Source: a bacterium
GTDB lineage: Bacteria > ARS69
DNA: 32,452 bases
Direction: 5' to 3'
Assembly: GCA_025774865.1 (NCBI GenBank)
Contig: JALGZO010000673.1
Span: 1 to 32,452, forward strand
Part shown: positions 1 through 9,010 of the stretch, piece by piece
Numbering within the stretch: the first letter of the stretch is position 1
Layout of the letters: each line of letters starts with the position of its first letter
Notes under the pieces: model-generated
Databases searched by the model: none
Told to the model about the DNA's origin: nothing
The model's input: the letters and a program-made list of their open reading frames with translations, nothing else
Translations under genes and position numbers: made by a program

Positions 1-52
1 AAGTCGGGTTCGGGGTGAGCAGGGTGAAATCACGCCAGGGCCACGTTTCCAT
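1..52 (-). CDS. 5' end of a hypothetical protein running off the left edge (METWPWRDFTLLTPNPT...)
   Basis: ATG at 52 with GGGAG about 8 nt upstream. The frame is open to the edge, with an in-frame alternative ATG at 109. Same strand as the upstream operon. Too short to assign. Confidence 0.3.
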   Translation of the reverse strand, partial: METWPWRDFTLLTPNPT

Positions 53-153
53 CGGCGTGTCTCCCTGATTGATGTCACTCGGGCCCGGGATAGCGGACCG
101 CTCGCTCATGTACTCTAGCGGATGAGGGGGACGCCTCCACCAGGATTCCGTCT

Positions 154-2085
154 TCAGTCGGCACCGGTATCGCCCGTCGAGCTGCCGGACTCTCCGGCCT
201 CGGCCGCCACAACCAGCTCTTCGAACATTCCCGGGTCCGCCCAGTCGCGGTGACAGAAGACGCAGTTCCCGCGGCTCGTGGGAAGCGCGGGATCCTCCTT
301 CTTCTCCTGCTCCCGGAGACGATGACACTCCAGACAGCTACCGTGCATGGCGTCCTTGTATCCGGGCGCCAGGTGGGCGAACCCCTTCTTCTCGTAGGAC
401 GCGAGCCCCACCATGTTCTCCCGGTGGCACTTCACGCAGGCCTCGTACGTCTCCCGGCGATCCGACAGGTCGGCGGCGAGGAATTCCCGGCGATCCTCCT
501 CCTTCTCGAAACGCTCTTCGTGCTGCACCATCCGGAACATCGGCGTGGGCACCTCCATGTCCAGATGGCAGCGACGACAGCTCGTGTTGTTGTCGGCCGG
601 ATAGTTCAGGTGGTGGCACTTGATGCACGTCTCCTCGACCTTCTCGAACTCGTAGACCTTCAGGAACTCCTCCTGATGCTTCTTGTGATCGAAGGCCGTG
701 ACCATGCCGTTACGGTTCGCGTCCAGACTGAACTTCGTCCGCATCTCGTCATTTGCGATCACGGCCGGATTCACCGGCTGGCGAATGGGTTCGAACGCGC
801 CCGTCGCCTGGGTCTTCAGCGCGGCCCACGTGATCGGCGTGAAGAGCACCGCGATCCGGACGAGGCGCCACACGAAGGCCCCGGTCACCTCCTTCCCCTC
901 TTCCCGCGTCCAGACGTCCCCCGGTGGCTCGTGCCCCGGCGCGTCGCCGAAGCGTCCCGCGTCATCGATGACGTGGAACCGCTCCAGAAGGAAGAAGAAG
1001 ACGAGGCCGACGATCGCCAGCACCCCGAAGCTGATCACGAGCTCACTGACGTTCGGGAAGTAGACCGCGTTCGACGATCGAAAGTAGCCCACGATCCCGG
1101 TGTCGATCCGGTGCATCGCGAGTCCGAGGAACGCGCTGACGCCGGCGACGGTCAATCCCGCCGTGCTGCGACGCATCTTCGGCCGGGAGAAGAGCACGAC
1201 CGGGATGATGGCCTGGAGGAGGATCTCCACGAAGAAGACCCGGCTCTCCCACGTCTGGTCCGGACCGAACACGAAGTTCCACTTGCCGTTGACCGTGAAG
1301 TCGGCCGTCCGGATCACCGCGTAGATCGCCAGGAGCCACGCGCTTCCTTTCGCCAGGCCGGACAAGACCGCCGGATCGTTCGGACGCCCGTACAGCCGGC
1401 CCGTGAAGAGCATCAAGAGGATGATCGTCGCGATCCCGCCGCCCATCGCGGAGACGAGAAACTCGGGTGGAATCCAGAGGCTGAACCACAGCGGGTGAAG
1501 CCGCGTCGGCGAGGCCATGAAGATCGAGCCGAGCGAGCTGTGGTGCATCGTGGAGAGCGTGATACCCAGCACGACGAACGGTAGCATCCGCTCGTGCATC
1601 CAGTGCGTGATCTTCTTCAGGGGAAATCGCTCGGTGACGATCGGCACGAGCTCCAGCGCCGTGACACCCCAGTACATCGACACGCACCAGAACACTTCGA
1701 AGAGGAACGAGTGTGGGTTCCACATGAAGAAGGGATGCCATCCGCGGTGCGGCAGCCCGATATCGAAGATGAGCGCGAAGAGGCTCGAGCCGTAACCGAG
1801 GAACCCGACGAGCACGCTGACTCGCGCCACGGGCCGGTACCGCTCCATCTGGAAGATGTAGATGATCGAGGCGACGACGAACCCGCTCGTGGCGAGCGCC
1901 GCTCCCGCGACCATGTTGAATACCTTCCACCAGCCCCATGGCAGCGCGTCCATCATGTTCGTGGAGGCACCGAGGCCGAACGCGAACCGTCCGATGCCCG
2001 CGACCATCCCCGCGATGGCGAGCGCCCAGAGAACGTCCTTCATCGGCTGGAGGAGTCGGCTGCGTCCGGTCACCATTCGGGGCAT
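154..2085 (-). CDS. NrfD/HybB/HmcC-family integral membrane subunit fused to a C-terminal pentaheme cytochrome c3-like domain
   Basis: N-terminal part has HybB/HmcC motifs (GLGASTNM..PWG.W, DIG.P.R..HP, S.LFEV.WC, LSTMHHSSLGS, LHPLW) and about 10 hydrophobic helices. One extra helix follows, then FDHKKH and five CxxCH motifs (CIKCH, CRRCH, CVKCH, CLECH, CVFCH). Confidence 0.88.
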   Translation of the reverse strand: MPRMVTGRSRLLQPMKDVLWALAIAGMVAGIGRFAFGLGASTNMMDALPWGWWKVFNMVAGAALATSGFVVASIIYIFQMERYRPVARVSVLVGFLGYGSSLFALIFDIGLPHRGWHPFFMWNPHSFLFEVFWCVSMYWGVTALELVPIVTERFPLKKITHWMHERMLPFVVLGITLSTMHHSSLGSIFMASPTRLHPLWFSLWIPPEFLVSAMGGGIATIILLMLFTGRLYGRPNDPAVLSGLAKGSAWLLAIYAVIRTADFTVNGKWNFVFGPDQTWESRVFFVEILLQAIIPVVLFSRPKMRRSTAGLTVAGVSAFLGLAMHRIDTGIVGYFRSSNAVYFPNVSELVISFGVLAIVGLVFFFLLERFHVIDDAGRFGDAPGHEPPGDVWTREEGKEVTGAFVWRLVRIAVLFTPITWAALKTQATGAFEPIRQPVNPAVIANDEMRTKFSLDANRNGMVTAFDHKKHQEEFLKVYEFEKVEETCIKCHHLNYPADNNTSCRRCHLDMEVPTPMFRMVQHEERFEKEEDRREFLAADLSDRRETYEACVKCHRENMVGLASYEKKGFAHLAPGYKDAMHGSCLECHRLREQEKKEDPALPTSRGNCVFCHRDWADPGMFEELVVAAEAGESGSSTGDTGAD

Positions 2086-2086
2086 G

Positions 2087-2974
2087 TCATTCCTCTTCGC
2101 TTCCGGGCGTCTCGTCCGGCCTTCCGTCGGCCGCCTCCCGCGCCCGCTCGGCCATCAACCGCTGGCGGCGCCGCAAGAACCACGCCCCGACGAGCCCCGC
2201 CCCCACCGTGAAGAACTGCACCGGCGTCACGAGAACCCAGCTGTGCAGCAAGTGGGGGATGGATTCGGTCTCGAGTGACGGCACCCGCATCTTCGCGAAC
2301 TCCGCGGACGTCGGGATCCGCAGGGCGTCGTTCAGTGGCACGTCGCTCAGGTAGATCACGGACGTCCCGCCGAACTCGCGCTCGCCGTACACGTGGTCCT
2401 GATAGAGGTCCGGCTGCTCGGCGATGCGGCGCTTCGCCTCCTCCAGAAGCTTCTCGCGGGGACCGAAGACCGTGGCCCCGGTCGGGCACGCCGCGGTGCA
2501 CGCGGGCACGCCGCCCTCCACGCGGCACTCGTCGTTCATCTTGCACTTGCGAACGAAGGGCAGGGCTTGATCGTACTCGTAGCGCGGAATCATGAACGGA
2601 CACGCGAGCATGCAGTAGCGGCAGCCGATGCACTTGTCGGCGTCGTACTCGACCGCGCCGTCGGGCGACTTGGAGAACGCTCCCACCAGGCACGCCGACT
2701 GGCATGACGCCTCCCGGCAGTGCAGACACTGCCGGCGGACGTTTCGCCAGGTTCCTTCCTCTTTCCCCGGGATCCGCACGATGGACGTGTACCGGCGCCC
2801 GGACAGCCCGTCGTCGGCCCGGTAGCGGGTCGGGATCTCACGGGGAAGCTTGTTTTGAACGACGCACGCTTCTACGCACCGCTCGCAGCCGATGCACTTC
2901 GTCACGTCCGTGAGGATCGCCTTCTCGGGGCTCACCTTTCCGGGACCGGCTTCCTGCGTTTGCGGTGTGCTCAC
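2087..2974 (-). CDS. HybA/HmcB/FdnH-like 4Fe-4S ferredoxin subunit with C-terminal membrane anchor
   Basis: Cys motifs CIGCERCVEAC, CLHCREASCQSAC, CIGCRYCMLACP, KC...PACTAACP. YGE.E.GGT motif and a C-terminal hydrophobic helix. GTG start with GAGGAG RBS. Confidence 0.9.
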   Translation of the reverse strand: MSTPQTQEAGPGKVSPEKAILTDVTKCIGCERCVEACVVQNKLPREIPTRYRADDGLSGRRYTSIVRIPGKEEGTWRNVRRQCLHCREASCQSACLVGAFSKSPDGAVEYDADKCIGCRYCMLACPFMIPRYEYDQALPFVRKCKMNDECRVEGGVPACTAACPTGATVFGPREKLLEEAKRRIAEQPDLYQDHVYGEREFGGTSVIYLSDVPLNDALRIPTSAEFAKMRVPSLETESIPHLLHSWVLVTPVQFFTVGAGLVGAWFLRRRQRLMAERAREAADGRPDETPGSEEE

Positions 2975-2995
2975 GTCGGACTCCTCGCAGCCTCG

Positions 2996-4504
2996 TCAGA
3001 GACCGAGGTTCGGGTTCACGGGTTCGATCCGGAAGTAGTCCTCCCACGTCTGCGGCCCGGCGCCGAGCTGGACGTGGCACTCGAGACAGAGCTTCCGGTA
3101 GGCGTCGTCGTAGCCGGGGGCCTTCGATCCCACGGCCGCGCTGCCCGGCACCGGACCGCTCTCGCCGTGGCACTTCGAGCAGGCCTGGATGCGTTCGGCC
3201 TCGCCGGTCCAGGCCGCGGCCGCCTTCGTCGCCGTCACGGGCAATCCGTCGTGCTGGAGGATTCCGTGGTGACAGTTGCGGCACGAGAAAGACCAGCTGA
3301 CCGCGTGGTCCCGGTGGTTCCAGGCGAATCGGCCATCCGGCCCTTCGTAGACGTAGACGTTCACGTCTTCCCGCTCCGTCGCCACGGCGTGCCAGGAGAG
3401 AAGGCCGTTCTCTTTCTCCTGGTGGCAGCCGAGGCATCTCTTCCGCAGCGCCTCCGCGACCGGCGGGTTGTCGTAGAGACCGGTGCCGTGACAACGGTTG
3501 CAGGACATGTGCGGCTGTTCGATCGCGGCGTCCGCGTGGTGGCACTTCACGCACTCCATGCCCTCGCCGTACTGCGCGTGGCGGTCGTGATCCCAGAGCA
3601 CGAGCCCCACGTCCAGGTCGGCGAGCAGCGACGGGTCCGGCTCGTGACAGTCGTTGCAGGCCACCGGCAGATCCTCCGGGCCGCCCGCGAAGTCCGTACG
3701 GTGGCACTCCGCGCACCGCTGGTGGACCGCCTGCTCGAGCGCGGGCCGCTGCACCTCGGTGTCGACGACCCATCCCCCGTGACAGTCTTTGCAGGTCCGC
3801 CGATCCTCCTCGGGGTTCGCGACGACGTGACAGCGCCCGCATTCCCCATGCTTCGCCTGCTCGTGAGATTTCTGCCCGGTGGCGAGCAACAGCCCTTCTG
3901 TCGCTGCCGTCTCGTGACACGCGGAGCACGCGCGATAGTCTGCCTCGGACTGCGCCTCCTCGTCCTGGTGATGGCATGACAGGCAGCGTTCGTGCAGCGT
4001 CGCCGCCCCTTCGATCTCGTAGCGGCGCGCGTGGGCGTGGTGGTCCCAGCGCACGAGCCCGTGCAACCCCGAGAACTCCTGCGCGTGGCAGTCGCGACAG
4101 CCGACCGGACCGGCCTGCATCGCCGTGTGACATCCGAGGCACCGCCCGTGGTACGCGGTCATCGGCGGTGGACCGTGGTCGTCGCCGTACTCCGGCGTCT
4201 CGACTTCGACCCCGTGGAACCCGGCCAAGAGGACCGCGTCCTGGTTCGTCTGCGTCTGGTGACAATCGCGGCACGGCCGAGGCTCCTGGACACCCGCCCG
4301 CTCCTGATGGTGACAAACCTGACAGTTCGCGATGTCCTTCATCCGGGCGTGCATCTCATGGTTCCAGACGACGTTGCCGAACCGCGACGGCAGAACCATG
4401 TCCGGTTCGAGCGCGGGACGAGCCAGGTAGGCGAACACGCCCACGCCGATGGAGAGGAAGAGACCCGTGATCAGGAGCGTGAGCGGGATGCGCCGGCGTC
4501 TCAT
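2996..4504 (-). CDS. 16-heme cytochrome c built of cytochrome c3-type repeats (HmcA-like size), N-terminal signal/anchor
   Basis: 16 CxxCH motifs counted, plus four W[ND]HxxH c3-type distal-His motifs. Start reassigned to ATG 4504 (MRRRRIPLTLLITGLF..., basic plus hydrophobic), which overlaps the rseC stop (ATGA). Confidence 0.9.
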   Translation of the reverse strand: MRRRRIPLTLLITGLFLSIGVGVFAYLARPALEPDMVLPSRFGNVVWNHEMHARMKDIANCQVCHHQERAGVQEPRPCRDCHQTQTNQDAVLLAGFHGVEVETPEYGDDHGPPPMTAYHGRCLGCHTAMQAGPVGCRDCHAQEFSGLHGLVRWDHHAHARRYEIEGAATLHERCLSCHHQDEEAQSEADYRACSACHETAATEGLLLATGQKSHEQAKHGECGRCHVVANPEEDRRTCKDCHGGWVVDTEVQRPALEQAVHQRCAECHRTDFAGGPEDLPVACNDCHEPDPSLLADLDVGLVLWDHDRHAQYGEGMECVKCHHADAAIEQPHMSCNRCHGTGLYDNPPVAEALRKRCLGCHQEKENGLLSWHAVATEREDVNVYVYEGPDGRFAWNHRDHAVSWSFSCRNCHHGILQHDGLPVTATKAAAAWTGEAERIQACSKCHGESGPVPGSAAVGSKAPGYDDAYRKLCLECHVQLGAGPQTWEDYFRIEPVNPNLGL

Positions 4505-4956
4505 CGCGACACCCGCCGCAGGATGCGTGCGACGAACGGGGTCAGCCGTGGGTCCCCGGCGGCCCGCCGGTCGACCCACCGGAGGACCCCGAAGGCGAGA
4601 GCCGCGCCGGATACCGCACCCAGAAACGCCGCCGCGTCCGCGACCAGTCCGGAACTCGTCGGCAGCGTTGTCCCCACGATCGCCCCCGCGACCATCCCGA
4701 GAAGCGGTACCACCCACACGAGAAGCGACAGCCGCAGCAGGCCGTGCTGGGGGAGGTCGAGCTCGACCGTGTCACCGGGTTCAGCGCCGACCGCGTTCCG
4801 GACCGTCACGATCTCGACGCAGGCCTCGGGATCCGGGAGCGTGCACGTGCTCGCCTCGGAGCAGCCCGTGCACGCCGAGCCGCGCGACGTGGAGACATCC
4901 GCGAGGGACCCCTGCGCCGAGACCACGACGCCGACCGAAGTGCTGCTCGCCTTCAA
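4501..4956 (-). CDS. rseC: RseC/MucC (SoxR-reducing system) family membrane protein
   Basis: SACTGCSEASTC motif, N.VGA.PGD.V motif and two C-terminal TM helices. Probable TTG start at 4956 with GGAGGG RBS about 9 nt upstream. RseC genes commonly neighbour rnf/rsx. Confidence 0.8.
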   Translation of the reverse strand: MKASSTSVGVVVSAQGSLADVSTSRGSACTGCSEASTCTLPDPEACVEIVTVRNAVGAEPGDTVELDLPQHGLLRLSLLVWVVPLLGMVAGAIVGTTLPTSSGLVADAAAFLGAVSGAALAFGVLRWVDRRAAGDPRLTPFVARILRRVSR

Positions 4957-4982
4957 TGTCGCAATCCCTCCCTTCGCATGAG

Positions 4983-7124
4983 CTAGACGTCCGGCGAGAC
5001 GCGCATGAACTCGGCGAGGTGCTCGCGCAATCCCCGCCCGTTCGTGTGGTGGTCGCGCTCGACGTCTTTGAAGAAGCAAAGCGTCCCACATCGCATGCAG
5101 CGATTGGCCTCTGCGCGCATCAAGTCTTCGGTCACGACGAGGTCGACCTCGTCGAACGTGTGGATCCGTTCCTCGACCGGAAGCTCGGGGTGGCGCGTCG
5201 CGGGCAGCTGCTCGACGCCGTCGATCTCGACGGCCCGTGACTCTTCGAGAGGCGTGGGGCCCTTGAACGTGCCCGGCGGCATCCACGGCTTCTCTCCGTT
5301 GAGAAATTGATGGATCGAGCGCGCCGCACGACGGCCGCTCCCCACGGCGTCGACCAGCAGCGCGGGGCCGGTCCAGAGGTCGCCACCCGTGAAGATGTTC
5401 GGGACGTCGGACTGCAGCGTTTGTTCGTCGGCCTGGATCGTGTTCCACTTCGTGACCTTCAGCCCCCGCTCCTTCAGGTCGTCTGTGTACCAGTCGGGCA
5501 ACGGCTTCTGACCGATCGCCGCGATCACGACGTCCACGTCCATCATGGTTTCGGAGCCCTCGATCGGGACGGGACGCCGCCGGCCGGAGTCGTCCGGCTC
5601 GCCGAGCTCCATCCGCAGGAACTCGATTCTCCGGAGCTTTCCCTCCTCGTCACCGAGGAGTCGCGTCGGCGCGGCGAGGAAGTGGTACTTCACGCCTTCC
5701 TCCTCCGCCGCCACGATCTCGACTGCGTTCGCCGGCATCTCCTTGCGCGTCCGCCGGTAGAGAAGCGTGACCTCCGACGCCCCCATTCGGAGAGATGAGC
5801 GACAGGCGTCCATGGCGGTGTTGCCGCCGCCGACCACGACGACCCGCTGCCCGGAGAGATCCACGTGGATGCCGAGCTCGCGCTTCTCGAGGAACTCCGT
5901 CCCCTTCCACACGCCATCCAGGTCCTCTCCGTCGCAGCGGAGCGACGAGTTGTCCCAAGCGCCGAGCGCGATGAGGACCGCGTCGAACTCCGACTCGAGA
6001 TCCTCGATGAAGAAGTCCTTCCCGAGCCCGAGCTCGACGCGCGTCTCGACCCCCAGGTCGAGAATCTCCCCGATCTCGACGTCCAGGACCTTCTTCGGCA
6101 GGCGGTACTCGGGGATGCCGTAGCGCATCATGCCGCCGAGCTCCGGTTTGGATTCGAAGATCGTCGGGTGATGGCCGAGGCGGCGCAGGAAGTACGCAGC
6201 GGTGAGCCCACAGGGCCCTCCGCCCACGATCGCGACCTTCTTGCCGGTGCTCGGCAAGACGAGGGTCGGGCGGCGCTCCGAGACGTTCATCTCCCAGTCG
6301 GCGCAGAAGCGCTTGATGTAGTTGTGGTGGACCGGCTCGTCGTCGATCGCGACCCGGCGGCACCCGACTTCGCAGGGGGCCGGGCACACCCGCCCGCAGA
6401 TCAGCGGCAACGGATTGCGTTCCTTCACGACGTTGATCGCTTCGGCATAAAGGCCGTTCGAGGCGAGATCCACGTAGCGAGGGATGTCGATCTGAGCCGG
6501 GCAGAGCTGAGCGCACGGTGCATGACATTCGCCGACGGCATTGAAGTGCAGCAACCGCTCGCTCAACTTGAAGACCTTGATGATGTTCGTGGGACAGACC
6601 TCCTCGCACTTCCCGCAGCCGACGCACTTGTCCGCGACGACGATGGGGAAGCCCTCGTCGCCCCGCTCCAGCGCGTCGAAGGGGCACTCGCGCACGCAGG
6701 TCCATCCACCCAGGCAACCGTTCTGACACGTGATGTCGCCGCCGAAGAGCTCGAACATCGAGCGGCAGTCGAGTGCGCCGTCGTAGCGGTATTTGCGGTC
6801 GGCGCGGTCCCCTCCGGCACAGCCGTGGATCGCGACGCGAGGCTCCGCGCTGCCCGCTGCCCCGCCGAGGATCCCGGCGACCCTCGCGGTCGTGTCGCTG
6901 CCGCCGGCGATGCACGCGTCGACCGAGGCCTTTCCGGCCACCATCGCCTCTGCGCACGCGGAGCAGCCCGAGAATCCGCAGCCACCGCAGTTCGCGCCCG
7001 GGAGCGCGTCCTCCACCTCCGCGATGCGCACGTCGACGTCCACGTGGAAGACCCGTGCCGCCACTGCCAGCACGCCGGCCGCCGCGAGCCCGATGCCTGT
7101 CATGATGATTGCCGGTTCGTACAT
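4983..7124 (-). CDS. rnfB: RnfB fused to a GltD/NfnB/SudA-like FAD/NAD(P)H oxidoreductase (about 713 aa)
   Basis: N-terminal TM helix, LPGANCGGCGFSGC RnfB cluster and two ferredoxin motifs. Then APC...CP, CGRVCPAPCE.GCRR, GGGPCG (FAD), GGGNTAMD with LYRRT (NADP-type) and C-terminal RCMRCG. ATG 7124 overlaps the rnfA stop. Confidence 0.9.
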   Translation of the reverse strand: MYEPAIIMTGIGLAAAGVLAVAARVFHVDVDVRIAEVEDALPGANCGGCGFSGCSACAEAMVAGKASVDACIAGGSDTTARVAGILGGAAGSAEPRVAIHGCAGGDRADRKYRYDGALDCRSMFELFGGDITCQNGCLGGWTCVRECPFDALERGDEGFPIVVADKCVGCGKCEEVCPTNIIKVFKLSERLLHFNAVGECHAPCAQLCPAQIDIPRYVDLASNGLYAEAINVVKERNPLPLICGRVCPAPCEVGCRRVAIDDEPVHHNYIKRFCADWEMNVSERRPTLVLPSTGKKVAIVGGGPCGLTAAYFLRRLGHHPTIFESKPELGGMMRYGIPEYRLPKKVLDVEIGEILDLGVETRVELGLGKDFFIEDLESEFDAVLIALGAWDNSSLRCDGEDLDGVWKGTEFLEKRELGIHVDLSGQRVVVVGGGNTAMDACRSSLRMGASEVTLLYRRTRKEMPANAVEIVAAEEEGVKYHFLAAPTRLLGDEEGKLRRIEFLRMELGEPDDSGRRRPVPIEGSETMMDVDVVIAAIGQKPLPDWYTDDLKERGLKVTKWNTIQADEQTLQSDVPNIFTGGDLWTGPALLVDAVGSGRRAARSIHQFLNGEKPWMPPGTFKGPTPLEESRAVEIDGVEQLPATRHPELPVEERIHTFDEVDLVVTEDLMRAEANRCMRCGTLCFFKDVERDHHTNGRGLREHLAEFMRVSPDV

Positions 7125-7699
7125 CAGATCATTCCCTTGAACGCGTAGAAGGAGAGGGCCATGAGGCCGGCGGTCACGAGCCCGATACCGGTTCCCTGCA
7201 TCGGCTTCGGGACGTGCGCCGTCTCGAACCGCTCCCGGATGCCCGCGAAGAGCACCAGCGCCAGCCCGAAGCCGGCTGCCGATGCCGCGGAGAATACGAT
7301 GGTTTCGAGCAGGTTGAGCTCTTCCTGGACATTGATGATCGCGACGCCCAGGACCGCGCAGTTCGTCGTGATGAGCGGCAGGAAGATTCCCAGCGACTTG
7401 TAGAGGGTGGGAATCGACTTGCGAAGGAACAGCTCGACGAACTGCACGAGGGTCGCGATGACGAGGATGAACGCGAGCGTCCGCACGTAGCCGATGCCGA
7501 TCGGGATCAGGAGGAAGCGGTCCACCGCCCACGTGATCACACCCGCCAGCGTCAGCACGAAGAGGACCGCGCCGGACATGCCGACGGCGGTGTCCATCTT
7601 CTTCGAGACCCCGAGGAACGGACAGTTCCCCAGGAACCTCGCCAGCAGGATGTTGTGGATGAACACCGCGCCGATGACGAGCTCGAGGTAGTGATCCAT
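7124..7699 (-). CDS. rnfA: Rnf electron transport complex subunit A
   Basis: NILLARFLGNCPFLGVSKK and LGIFLPLITTNCAVLG signatures; six TM helices. Confidence 0.96.
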   Translation of the reverse strand: MDHYLELVIGAVFIHNILLARFLGNCPFLGVSKKMDTAVGMSGAVLFVLTLAGVITWAVDRFLLIPIGIGYVRTLAFILVIATLVQFVELFLRKSIPTLYKSLGIFLPLITTNCAVLGVAIINVQEELNLLETIVFSAASAAGFGLALVLFAGIRERFETAHVPKPMQGTGIGLVTAGLMALSFYAFKGMI

Positions 7700-7709
7700 T
7701 GCCGACCCC

Positions 7710-8360
7710 CTAGCTCGTCTTCGACGGGAAGAGGTTCATGATGCCGAGCAGGAGCCCGAGTGCGACGAATGCTCCGGGCGCCTGCGCGAAGAACGCGAAC
7801 GGCTCGGCGAGGAACACCCTCTCGCCGAAGAAGAGAGTCAAGGTCCCCGCTCCGAAGAACTCGCGCACGGCACCCAGCACCGTCAGCGCGATCGTGAAAC
7901 CCAGTCCCATCCCGAGCCCGTCGGCGATGGAAGGAATCAGCCCGTTCTTTCGCGCGAACGCCTCGGCCCGGCCGAGGATGATGCAGTTCACGACGATCAG
8001 CGGGATGAAGAGCCCCAGGCTCTCGGAGAGCTGGAAAAAATACGCCTTGGTGATCATCTCCACGCAGACCACGAAGGTCGCGATGATCACGATGTACGCC
8101 GCCACCCGGACTTCGTTCGGAATCACCTTGCGTAGAGCCGAGACCAGGAAGTTCGAGCAGACGAGAACGAACGTCGCCGCGATCCCCATGCCGAACCCGT
8201 TCTCGGCGGTCGTGGTCACCGCGAGCGCCGGACAGAGTCCCAGCACGAGCCGGAAGGGCGGGATGTCGGTCCAGAGTCCCTTCGTGAACTCGCGCGCCAC
8301 GGCGGCGGCGCTCATCCGCGGGCGGACGGGAACGGCGATCGGCACGGACGGCGCGCTCAC
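7710..8360 (-). CDS. rnfE: Rnf electron transport complex subunit E
   Basis: LGLCPALAVTT and LGLFIPLIVVNCIILGRAEAFA signatures. Confidence 0.96.
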   Translation of the reverse strand: MSAPSVPIAVPVRPRMSAAAVAREFTKGLWTDIPPFRLVLGLCPALAVTTTAENGFGMGIAATFVLVCSNFLVSALRKVIPNEVRVAAYIVIIATFVVCVEMITKAYFFQLSESLGLFIPLIVVNCIILGRAEAFARKNGLIPSIADGLGMGLGFTIALTVLGAVREFFGAGTLTLFFGERVFLAEPFAFFAQAPGAFVALGLLLGIMNLFPSKTS

Positions 8361-9010
8361 GAGACACCTCCTGGCTCATCCTCGTCCACCCGCAGCGCCT
8401 CCAGATCGTCGCGGATCGCGGCCTCGTGCTCCCTGAATTTCGTCATCGCCGCGTCCACCGCGTCGGCGACGGCGCGGCTGGAAACCGTTGCTCCGGTGAT
8501 CGCGTCGATGGCGCCGCCGTCCTTCTTCACTTTGAACATGGTGTCACCGGCGAGCCCCGCGAACTGCTCCGTGAACGCCTCCTCCCGCACCCGCGTGCCC
8601 ACGCCGGGTGTCTCGCTCATCGTCGTCACGCCGACGCCGGTGACTCCCATCGACGCGAGGTCGACGCCGACCATGACCCCGACGTCGCCGCCGAATCCCT
8701 GGCCCGCGCCTTCCAGCGCGACCGCGGCCGGGCGCCCGTCCTGCTTCAGCACGAAGAACAGGAGTGGACTCCTTTCGCCGATCTCGACGAGGTGCTTCTC
8801 CGCGAGGAGCTCCTCTTCGAGACCGAGACGATCCTCGGGACCGATCTCCCGACCCATCGCTTGATAGATGTCCACCACGGCGGGGATCTTCTTGAACTTG
8901 AGCACGTTGTTCGCGGCGAGCTCGTACGTCGCCTCGTGAAGCGCGCCGAGGGACAGCCCGCTTCCGAGCGTGATCAGGCCGAGCACGAGGAGCATGCGCG
9001 TGGAAGTCAC
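8357..9010 (-). CDS. rnfG: Rnf electron transport complex subunit G (FMN-binding)
   Basis: N-terminal TM helix; G.GFGG, ETPG.G and the DAITGATVSS covalent-FMN motif. GTG 9010 overlaps the rnfD stop (alternative ATG 8995). Confidence 0.92.
   Translation of the reverse strand: MTSTRMLLVLGLITLGSGLSLGALHEATYELAANNVLKFKKIPAVVDIYQAMGREIGPEDRLGLEEELLAEKHLVEIGERSPLLFFVLKQDGRPAAVALEGAGQGFGGDVGVMVGVDLASMGVTGVGVTTMSETPGVGTRVREEAFTEQFAGLAGDTMFKVKKDGGAIDAITGATVSSRAVADAVDAAMTKFREHEAAIRDDLEALRVDEDEPGGVS

Noticed and set aside
250-1584. 444-aa plus-strand ORF and other overlapping ORFs across the rnf/cytochrome operon
   Set aside because: Opposite-strand or alternate-frame shadows with no domain signatures.
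4957-5448. Long N-terminal extensions in the ORF track for rseC (likewise rnfB to 7532, rnfG to 9562, cytochrome to 4717, iorB from 13157, yeeE from 23219)
   Set aside because: The extensions overlap upstream genes and are Arg/Pro-rich junk. Downstream starts have an RBS or stop/start overlaps.
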